Part shown: piece after piece, positions 29,401-38,995 of the stretch
Layout: every line of letters starts with the position of its first letter
Position numbering within the stretch: the first letter of the stretch is position 1
Program-made: the position numbers and the translations under genes
Notes under the pieces: generated by a model
Seen by the model: only the letters and a program-made list of their open reading frames with translations
What the model was told of the DNA's origin: nothing
Database searches by the model: none
NCBI GenBank assembly: GCA_002633005.1
Contig: NMRA01000064.1
Location: forward strand, 478,523-542,522
Source of the DNA: Phoronis australis
Lineage: Eukaryota; Animalia; Phoronida
Direction of reading: 5' to 3'
Length of the DNA: 64,000 nt

Positions 29401-32400
29401 AATCAGTAAACTCTGATTTAGAATTATAAAATTCCATTATCACAAGAAAACGGATCCAACTAACAGTTTTTAAAGTGGAACATGCTATGAGACTTTGTGA
29501 CTGACTGAAGTGACATGTTTGGACCTGAGATAAAACATCATTTGTCATGGGGCAGGTGTTGTTCTTTCAGTTTACAGCTCATCTTCTTCTGTTTAGTGAC
29601 TCATAAAATGACTCATTAAGTCAGACATGTCATTCACAAGGGCTGCAACCCCTTCATTTTGCCATCCATTTTTCCATTTGGCTGTTGCCTTGTTCTAAAC
29701 ATTGTTTTTATAAAGTGCATGTGTTGTGCACAGTAGTTCTTCACTTATTTAACTCACAATATGGCCGACAAGTGAAATTCTATTTTTTCACGTTTCCACA
29801 AAGAAAATTTTAACATGGTTTGTTCTGTGTAGATGTCATAAAACAATTTCTGGTAAATTTTTCATTATTTGCAGTATAGTAATCATCCTTTGAAAAATTA
29901 AAAAATTGTAATTTTGGCAATTATTTTTGTGCAAAATGAGTGGAGAATTACCATTTGGTTTGCTGTGAGTATTCATATTGAATACATGTAGTGTAGTGTG
30001 ACAACTGATAGCCACATGTGACAATCACTCATTCGTTCCTGCAATAGAACATGAGATGATTACAACTGTTGTGCTTCTATTTCAGGAAGTAATGAACAAA
30101 GCTAGTTACTGTGTGCATAGTGGTCATTACTTGATAAAATGTGAGATTTGGGCTTGTTGATATGTTGATTTTACTAAGCATCAGTTTTGGACTCGGTAAA
30201 AATATTTTATTCTAAGCCCCGTTTACATGATGGTGTTTACCCCTGAGTGTATAGTTACATCCCAGTGTATATTTACGTACGGTATGTAGTTTTGCCATAT
30301 AAACGTAAGTACAATTGGGTGTAAAGCTACACTCGGGTGAATAATTACACCACCTCCAGAGGTCGTGTAAATGTAAATTAAACACACGTGCAAATGTACA
30401 CCTGGCGCATGTGAACGCGATTTAAATTTATGCACGGGTGTAAAAAGCAAGATCAATCCACCAAATGTGCCACTACAACATTGTTTCTGTGATCTCATCG
30501 TTTCTTAAAACAACACTACTTCCTTTTAAATGTTCAGAAGATCCTCTGTGGTATGGTATGGTCTTTTATTGAAATTCTGCTGCTGCCGCTGCTGCCGTCG
30601 CCGCTGCTGCTGCTTCTCCTCCTGTTGCTGGTCCTGCTGCTGGATGAAACTTTCACGTTTTTTTATGACACGGTTTAAGTGGATATGCACCATCCCTAAG
30701 AGGTGCGTCAGACATGCTTATAATAATAACTTCATTAGGACAATTCAGCTTTTCGGTTCACTTTTGCAAAAGTTTATTGTTCACTGTGAATGCTGAATTT
30801 CCAACGCATCGTGAACGCTACCCTGTCAAGCCATCTTGTGTTTATATCACCGATACAATAATTAGTGACAGTAAACACACACCAAAAATAATCGAATACT
30901 AGAACCATGTTTTTGAAACAAAAATCGCGAACAATATTTTGGATGCGATTTTTCATGTGCTACTTCCATAAGTACCACTACTGGACCGCTGCATTGGGAA
31001 ATCCCTAATTTATCATTCAGGTGGTGGCCTTATGAAAATTTTGCGCATAATGACTTATCAAGTAATCGCTATGACTGAGCTAACTCCAGGTATACATTGA
31101 GAACAGGATAACACGTGCTTTCGCAACTCTTGCCACGTTACGAACAGTGCATTTACCAATTATACTATACGCATACATAACGATTTGACTCCAATCTGTC
31201 AGGTGGATTGTTTTATTGGTTTGTAATACATTCGAGGAATACTTGGCAAATGAGTAGGCCCACAGAACTGTTGAACGGGATTTGCCGTTGAACAATTTTC
31301 AAACCACCCTTCGTGTTTAAAATTTTCATTATTAAATGCATTTTGCCACCACTTCATCGATTGTTCCTAATATATTCACACTTGCTGTTTGCGACAGAGT
31401 TCCATATCAAGTCTATGGGGATCGATACTCGATCCTCAGAACTACCCGGATTTAAGGCATTGTTCTAGAAGAATTTTCTCTTTACTTGCCAACGTTGCTC
31501 GTGTCAACTTTGTAGCGAAATGTATAGAGTACTGAGCGCAAACATAGCATTCCATTTTCTCCATACGAATGCGATGTAAATTTACATTTCACACCCGGGT
31601 ATAGATTTGTGTATGGTGTATATTTTCGTACGAGTGTAAAAGTGCTGCATATAAACGGGGCTCTGTGTATTGTCCTTTCAGTTCTTTTCCTTTGGATCAT
31701 TTTTGTGAATATTGTACTGTGTATTTCTTGATTGTAATTATTCTATGGTAAATCTTCATAAATTTGGGAGAAAAAGAAAATTTGTTATGTGAAATATTTT
31801 AGGAAGAAAATTTTTCTTCATTTCAACACATGCTGTCGGCAAACAAAAAATGGTGAAGTTCTGAGCAATTTTCGACTCGAAGAACGTTTTTGAAAAATAG
31901 ACACAAATTACAGTTTTGGAAAACTTTGTTTCCATTCTAGTTTCAAGAAATGTTACTGTGTTTAACACTTCCTTTTCTGTGTATTTCATTATTGTGAATC
32001 AGAAGATAGGTATTCCTCAACTGTACACCCATTGTGTGTTGAAGTGTTACTCTTTGTTGATGACAGGTAACATGCCTGGCGGGATGCGACCTGTGCAGGC
32101 CCCCCAGTGCAAGCCTCACTGGGAGGATAACATACAACACGCCCCCACTCAGACATGCGCCATCTGTGGCATGGTGGTCGCGTATGTATTCTGTGTGACT
32201 TGATGAGGCGACTTCTGTGTCAGGTTGACATCTGAACCCAATTAATGATGCTTTTGAATTTAATCACTACTCAATACAAAGTTATGCATTACTCAGGGTA
32301 ATGTTTTCTAAGTTTGTGATTGAAGTGACAAGATGTTGGTGAAGACTGATGTCAAGTTCATAGTTTGGTCATTTAATGCACTGTAAGCAGCAAGACAGGA

Positions 32401-35169
32401 AATGGGTTAGTTTGGTGGTTGAAAGCTAGATGGCGTTATTGAATAATAGTTGAATTCAAGATGTGGTTCAGATGACAACTTCACGTAGAACATGTGTAGT
32501 TTGAGGAGCATGCAGTAACTCTAGGTGTGAGTGCATGAGAGGGTTTACTGAAGTAATGCATTATTTGTTATGGCTTGCTTTGTTTTGAAGCTGATCGACC
32601 GTTGGGAATGCGCTCTGTTCAAGCCCCTCAGCCGAAGCCTCCTGGTGAGAAGACTCAGATACCTCAACAAACGTGTTCAATTTGTGGCATGCTCGTTGCG
32701 TATGTAATTTCTTGTTCGTTCTTTCCCGACATGAAGTTAATTATATTGCTTCTCAATATTACAATCTGTTGCAGTCGACCAGAGCACTTAGCTTCTTTTA
32801 ATGATTGGTTGCGAACTGTATGATGGTTTTCAAGCCACTCAAAAAGAGAATCTTTATTGGCTTTTTCAAATGTACAAAATTCTTAGCGATTATATAGGTA
32901 CTGGTTGACATGTACAAATCACATGTGTGCTTCTTCTTTCTACTATTAATGCGTGTCCAACTACGTTCAAAATGTCACATTATTTGCGAACGCTTGGACC
33001 TGGGAATTGGGCTGTAATTATTTGTGGAACAAACATGTTAATTATTTTTAAGAGAAGATGAATGTTTGGTAACAAGTTTCAGTTTATTCGGATTAAAGCA
33101 TCATTAGTAGAATTGTAGTTATTTGTCAACCAAGTTTTGTTTTACGTTCTTACAGCATGTGTGGCCCTATTGTGGACAGTTTTTTATATGCATCGGCATT
33201 TTACAACCTTCTGTTTGTGTGGGAATGCAGTTGCTTGTGTTTGTGTTTGTGTTACTGTCGTAGGGACACTCAACATAACATGTCCCCTGTATAGCCAGTC
33301 TATGAGAATACGGTACCCTTGTGTTTACTTTAAGTGAGTGTTTGTGTCACTAATTATGAAGGAGGCTAGTAAAGGCAAAAATTTGTTCATTCATATTTTT
33401 AGCTTTTTCTTGATTATAATAAGGATACCATTTTATTAGGGTGTTCTAATGTCAAAATACCAATATTAGGACTATTTTCAACATATCTAACATTGTTACA
33501 TAATATCTTTAAAAGTGCCAGAATTTTTGTTTAGAGTTCTTGTTTGTTGCCGAGCACGTACCCATGTGCAGCCCGGGGTCACATTCCAAAAAAACTAAGA
33601 CAAATCTTAAATTTTAATAAAACGTTAAAAGAAAGTGATCTTAAGACCTTGATATAAGCCTTGTCTTAATTTTGACTCTCGTACCAGATGTGGAAGTTCC
33701 AAAGTTTGGAAGTTAAGACAAATCTTACACTAAGTACAAAACGAACTTCATTCAGTTTCTTGGAATGGATCACAGGTACTTAATTTACAAAATCTTTGAC
33801 ACCACAATATTCCCATTGTAGGGGTGTCTTTGTGAAAGTGCGAGGCATGGCAATGCATGCTGACTGTCTAAGATGTGCAAAGTGTCGTAAGAGTCTCAAA
33901 CATCAAGGTAAGGCTCTGGCTTACATATATTATGCGTACATTGAATACATCTAGGGTGTTTGTAAACGTTCTTGATCTCCTAGCTTGGGTGGATTTAGGG
34001 TGGTCTGAGGGGGCATGGCCTAAAAACAAAACGCATTGCAACATGGGTCTTCTACTAGAAAACTTAAACCAATTTATGACAACATTGTATTTACATTTAT
34101 ACTAAGTCCGACGTTTCAATAGTAAGTTTGTCCATCATAATCAAGGAAATAGAAAACCAAATAAAGTGCCACAGCTAATTTCCATGACCATTATAGACTT
34201 ATTTACTTTATAAATATAAACACAATATGTTATCGCCAATCATTCTGTTTCTACTGCTAATTTGGCCAAAAACCAACATGGTGAATCTATAACGAGTATT
34301 ATCGTACACCTATTTCACACAGAGTACTTTCATAGAAAAAGTGCAATTGGTAAAAAATCTGAACATAAACAGACACTCAGAAAATTGTGGTGGGCCTAGT
34401 TCCTTTTTGCATGGTTTGTATTGTGCAACAATTCCTGGTAAAATTTTGATGTACTGTCAGCCTTTCAAAAGTAGAAAATGACATATTTGAGTATTTTTGT
34501 AGAGAAATTGGATTAAGTGAAAACAAAAAATAAACATTAACCTATAAATAAGGTTGCTGTACTCTCATAAGTTAGTATCAAGGTTACTATTTTCTGAGAC
34601 AAAGTACAATGCCTTGGCCAAATCTGTGAAATCTTATTTCGAGTCATGAAAGGAATCCTGCGTTGAAATAGCATAATTATATGAATAGTTCATGAAAAGT
34701 GCACGATTTGGTTTTTGAATTTTGAAATAGAACAAGAAATATTATTTTTACAACCTAAAACATTTTTTTAACATTACATAATTATGTTCTTCATTAATTC
34801 TGCTTATGTGCAACATAATTGGGCCAATTACCAAATGGCAAGGCAGAGTTGGATTTTGAGGTAAACCAGGTGTCATCTTGGCATGTGAGATTGTGAACCC
34901 TTTCAGTTCCTCTCATTTATGTCTAAAATGATAAGCTGTGGCAAATCCTTTCTTCTCACAACTTCTTGACTGAAAATTTCATCTGCTGTTGGGAGGATTA
35001 GTTCCCACAATGCACCAGTCAAACACTTTCTTCATTGGCCTCCCTAACCTTTCCGTGTTATATTCCCACAGGTTACTTCTGGGTGGAGGATAAAATGTAC
35101 TGCGAGCAGCATGCCAAGGAGTTAACTCAACCTGCTCCTGACATGGTGGCTACTGCAGTCTACAACTAG
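14348..35169 (+). CDS. PDZ and LIM domain protein, ALP subfamily (PDLIM1/3/4-like; PDZ + ZM motif + one LIM), ~360-362 aa, complete
   Basis: Exons 14348-14458, 23548-23699, 24232-24367, 26465-26658, 28861-29057, [32067-32181 or 32591-32699], 33822-33907, 35072-35169. All are GT-AG and all phases are compatible (1089 or 1083 nt). Motifs: WGFRLQGG, HNRAARPF, VVHAQFNSPFNLYS, QSRSFQML, and LIM CxxC..HxxCxxCxxC..CxxH. Confidence 0.93.
16388..16734. mobile_element. hAT-like non-autonomous element
   Basis: CAGG...CCTG termini flanked by a near-identical 8-bp TSD (CTGCCCAC / CTACCCAC). Confidence 0.55.
19856..20321. mobile_element. PIF/Harbinger-type MITE
   Basis: TIRs AGGCCCTTTCATACTA / TAGTATGAAAGGGCTT with TAA on both flanks (3-bp TWA TSD). 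Confidence 0.8.
23411..23473 (+). repeat. 3 x 21-bp tandem repeat (AATAATTTAGTAAGACCTGTA)
   Basis: Seen directly, about 75 bp upstream of the exon 2 acceptor. Confidence 0.85.
23548..23699 (+). CDS. PDZ-LIM gene B exon 2 (PDZ C-terminal part)
   Basis: VQPGSVAAQGGLQAGDAVLRINGQTADDIQHDEAKQMIVQAGNMVEFMVQ(R); acceptor TTTCTAG| and donor AG|GTATT. Confidence 0.93.
24232..24367 (+). CDS. PDZ-LIM gene B exon 3
   Basis: AGVVIWKPKVTPMSELRPEELQTHTLPGEAPPIQKTSLASRFATT; phase 2 in, phase 0 out; donor GTAAGT. Confidence 0.88.
25209..26040 (-). mobile_element. Non-autonomous Helentron/HINE-like interspersed element
   Basis: CAAGAGCGCTC hairpin end, a repeated GCCATCTTG/CTTCCGG core and an ACAAACAAA...CTTGGCGAAA end; resemblance is by eye only. 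Confidence 0.45.
26465..26658 (+). CDS. PDZ-LIM gene B exon 4 (ZM/ZASP-like motif)
   Basis: EPCKIGVAHNRAARPFPGSGNSGYGNTKPAVVHAQFNSPFNLYSSQNASDTYEKQTEALETNLG. Confidence 0.93.
28861..29057 (+). CDS. PDZ-LIM gene B exon 5
   Basis: LDVNDDEDSG...GRKQSRSFQMLQRDLDAGVV; phase 2 in, phase 1 out. Confidence 0.9.
30215..31662. mobile_element. Harbinger-like non-autonomous element (~1.45 kb)
   Basis: TIRs AGCCCCGTTTACATG / CATATAAACGGGGCT, TACAC/GTGTA-rich subterminal repeats, flanks CTA / CTG. Confidence 0.6.
30577..30643 (+). repeat. Imperfect (CTG/CCG)n trinucleotide tract
   Basis: CTGCTGCTGCCGCTGCTGCCGTCGCCGCTGCTGCTGC... seen directly. Confidence 0.8.
32067..32181 (+). CDS. PDZ-LIM gene B alternative exon 6a (mutually exclusive; first LIM CxxC)
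   Basis: (G)NMPGGMRPVQAPQCKPHWEDNIQHAPTQTCAICGMVV(A); 115 nt, phase 1->2; acceptor ACAG| and donor GC|GTATGT. Confidence 0.85.
32591..32699 (+). CDS. PDZ-LIM gene B alternative exon 6b (mutually exclusive; first LIM CxxC)
   Basis: (A)DRPLGMRSVQAPQPKPPGEKTQIPQQTCSICGMLV(A); 109 nt, phase 1->2; acceptor GAAG| and donor GC|GTATGT. Confidence 0.85.
33822..33907 (+). CDS. PDZ-LIM gene B exon 7 (LIM core)
   Basis: GVFVKVRGMAMHADCLRCAKCRKSLKHQ(G); phase 2->1; donor GTAAG. Confidence 0.93.
35072..35169 (+). CDS. PDZ-LIM gene B terminal coding exon
   Basis: YFWVEDKMYCEQHAKELTQPAPDMVATAVYN*; candidate AATAAA at 35606-35611. Confidence 0.93.
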
Positions 35170-36827
35170 ACAACTAGTGATCCGGTGCACAGGGTCATCT
35201 GCTGGCAAGGGGATATAACTACTACTAATTGGCATCAGAAACCTTGTACAAGGCTGTGTTGGGAGAAGGGTTAAGGGGGTTGTTTCAGTTATGTTTTGCC
35301 TTCAGGAATTGTTATTTGCAAGTGAATATCATACAGCAAGTGTAAAACTTAGCTGAATTAACTGCAATCACTTGACCAGATACCTGGAAGTGCTAATGAA
35401 GTGTGTTCACCTGTGCTGAAGCTGTATGGTTGCTTTGGCTTTATTTGCTGTTGGTTATTGTTATTTATAATGCATTTTTACTTTTTAGTTATACTTTAGT
35501 TATACTAACGGGTTAAAGCCCACATAGAAAACCTCAAAATCAGCAGGTGGGCATTAAGTTGAGCATTAAGCATTTGATACTTAACACTAATTAAGGTCAA
35601 ATTGAAATAAAGAAAAAATTAACTAAAGTCAAATACTGGAATTTGCTTACTTAAGTTAGCGACGCTGCGTCCGTCTGTCACGGACTTCAGCTTGGTCAGT
35701 GGCGTTACAATCATTTTGGCCAATAGGTGGCGTTTAAAAAAACCAGCTCAGCATGGTCGCCAGGACACTTTCCCATAAGTGCGACAGTTGGAACCTTAAT
35801 CTGCCTTGTTTATTCAGAGAGGGATGGTCGATACGCTCATCCTGAGCTTTTTTGACACCCTTTCTGATCCTATCTTCCTCACAAGTAAGCAAATTCCAGT
35901 ATTTGACTTTTTCTGTATTCCGTTACCTCAATTGAATGTCTCAAAACAATTATGTGTTTTGGTCAAATTGAAATTGCAAATTTCACATAAGTGGTGAATC
36001 TTCCTGTTGCAGTAATCAGTGAACTCCAATTGGTTGATGATGGCATCATGTGAAATTATGAACCTTACTGGCCGAGTGTGTCTACAGGCAATCTGGGTTA
36101 ATGACTTAACTGCTGGCTCTTTGCCAGTCTCTTCACATACACAAGTCAAACATAACGTTTTGCTGAATGTACTTCTAAATTAATTTTGTGCTTTTTGGGA
36201 ACTGAAATTTACATGGTGATATTCAAAGGCATGGGCACTTATAAAGAACTAAAGATCAGGACTTATCATTTTGATATTTGAGAGGTGGGCGTTTTAACCC
36301 GCACAATTATGGTATTTTGTAATGTCATATCAAGTGTTCATTTGCTAGGATTGTGTGCATTTACGTGCTGAAACAGTTAGCATTTATTACTCATAACTGC
36401 AAGACATTAAGTGTGGATGAGTTTGTTGCGTCTTGGATAAATTATATTCAGAGTTTCAGGCTGCTGATTTGAAACTACTTTTGTGACGCACAGATAATAA
36501 TAGTTTTTGCAAACTAAAAAATAATCATTGGATTAGCAAGTTAAAGGTATTGAGAAAAACAAAGAGTGAAATAAGAACCAAGGCAAGCACTGCAGCTTTA
36601 CGTGAAATGTATGCTAAAGTCAAGAGTAGTCTGTGATTCATATTGCCTGCATTGTTACATGGCACATGGAAGTATTCGTTATTGTACAGTTAGTCTTTCA
36701 CATATTTTTCCATAGTCTACAGTTTTGTTAGTCACAACACAAGTGGGAAAGAATGAAAACATTTTGAATTGAAATTCACTAACATTCTTTTTACAATTCA
36801 GTTCTTGAAAATGTATTTACAGATTAA

Positions 36828-37588
36828 GGGGGTTTGACAAAGTTTGCTAAAAAGCCATATGAAGCAGTTGTTGATTAATTTATAAAACAGTTCAATTTTT
36901 TCTCTTTCAAATATTAAGACTATTTAAATTGAAAATTAAAACAAATTTTATTCAGTTTTTGTTTATTATATTTTTGAATAATAGCATGTGAATTTCACAA
37001 TGGCAAACACAAGGGTAGATATTAGGCGTGACTTAATTCATAGAGCTATTTTGACTTTATTCAAGAAGAAAATTCTTATCTTTGATTATTTATATCAACT
37101 TAACGTAACCTAATCGTCATTGAGTGAAGTCCTGCTGTCCAATTGTGACCTTGAAATTGGTGCACTTTTGAGGTCAAATTGCATGTTCGTATTTGATTCT
37201 GTTTGAGCTAAAATAGCTCTAAATATTGTACAGATTAGTTGGGGGTAAAGACCAAAATAAAAAATTCAGTGATAAATTAAAATTGTAAATATCAATGATC
37301 ATCATATTTACAAATATCTGGCAACATGGATGTGAAGTCCTTCAGAACACCTAGTCTGATGATATTTCTCTGTTCTACCGCTGGTCCCGATGGCTTGTGG
37401 GCCAGAGCATCTACAGGGGTTGTAGAAGGTCCAGGGTTCGAGCCTTAATGAAGGAAGCAATCTTCACATTTGTAATTATTAGGTCACATGGCATGATCAC
37501 AACTCAGTAGGGTACCTAGGTCTCGTGACCTAATCATATGGCTCACTAGGGTACCTATTCTTGCATGAATTAAAACTGTCAAACCCCC
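36828..37588. mobile_element. Kolobok-like non-autonomous DNA transposon
   Basis: Perfect 12-bp TIRs GGGGGTTTGACA / TGTCAAACCCCC with TTAA on both sides; the GG termini fit Kolobok better than piggyBac (CCY). Confidence 0.75.
37383..37455 (+). mobile_element. tRNA-derived SINE head / tRNA pseudogene fragment nested in the Kolobok-like element
   Basis: A-box-like TGGCTTGTGGG and B-box GGTTCGAGCC at tRNA-like spacing; no intact cloverleaf. Confidence 0.5.
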
Positions 37589-38903
37589 TTAAAGAGAGAT
37601 AAATTTACTTGAGTATTTTACATGTGTTAACACTCACATTATTCAGCATAATTAATGCCAAGATATTTCAACTTTTAGTTAGTTCCACTCAAGTTGATGA
37701 CTTGTAGTTTCGTTTCAGAATGTTTGTTATTTACCTGTATTGTTGGTGTTTGGTATATTGGGACTTTTTGCCAGTAAATCATAGTCACTGCCAACTGCTT
37801 TCTTGTAATAAATACTAAGTTAAATGCAACACAAATATTTAATTTAAAGCTTTGTTTCCCCATTTAGCTTACAAAAAAAAAAACAATTTAGGCATTTTGC
37901 TTTTTTAAAGTCAGTCTCATAATCCTCTGTGAAAGGATACTATTTCCATTGACAGAAAGAAATGCTTCAGAGTTTATTGGGGTTGGTCATTCCTAACATT
38001 GTGAATTGTAAATGGACTCCTATAATGGTGAGGAATATTTTGAGGCAATTTGTACAAGACTAAAAAGGTTCCAATTCAATTTTCATTTTTTACCCAGCTG
38101 TACAGGGTGAAATGCAGCCTCAACTACTGATGAAAATTCAGTTTACATGTACTTGTAGATCCTCAGAAATTGTTAGACATCGTCCACTAGTATAACTTTC
38201 TCTTGTTCAGTGGCCATTACAGTCAAAAGGAATAAATACCGACAAAATTTTGCGAAATTACTATGTGTTCCGTCAAGATCACAATCTCGTCACTAATGCC
38301 TAATATTTTTCAAGCTTTTCTCAAAGTGATATATTATTACAACCCAATCATAATTACTACGAATTTTTAATTGTTTTATCTATCAGACGAATGTACAAAA
38401 GTTTTCTCTGCTATCATGCAAATTTATGTGTTAATAGATACAAAAATTACACTTTCACATCAGTCATTCCAGTAACAGTGACAAAGTTCAGACATTTTGC
38501 TACTTGAATAGTAAATCCTAAAAATAAAATTATGATTGTTCTGAAGTAAAAATAATAATTCAAGACTCAATAATTTATTTGATTTAAATTTTACAATAAG
38601 AATTTTGCAAATCATTCATTACTTGACAACCACTTAAAAGGGACATTTACAGAAAAATTTTCAAATTTTTGACTGCAAATGCAACTCATATTTAGTTCAA
38701 ACCCCCTGTGCAAGGAGGTGAGCCAGCCAGAGCAATAGAGCAATACAACCTTAGTGTACGCCTTATTTTCAAGAAGCCGTCTTTGTTAACTGATGATGAA
38801 ATTTCCACGCCAAAGCCAAAGATTTTCCCAGCAGCACGTGGTCTCCTAGCCAACACTTCAAACATTAAACATAACGTCTGCTACCTTCCTCTATCAGTTC
38901 ATT

Positions 38904-38995
38904 TCATAGATCCTCCATCTGCTGTTCATTTTCTGAATCACTCAATATTTCTTCCTCCATGTTTTCATCTTCCAAATCTTCCAGTTCACTCTCAC
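38904..38995 (-). CDS. ACL4: ACL4-like terminal exon (acidic tail)
   Basis: ESELEDLEDENMEEEILSDSENEQQMEDL*. Confidence 0.85.

Noticed and set aside
30530-30796. Cys-rich metallothionein-like ORF, or antisense polyQ/polyA peptide
   Set aside because: It arises from the CTG/CCG tract inside a transposon-like element.
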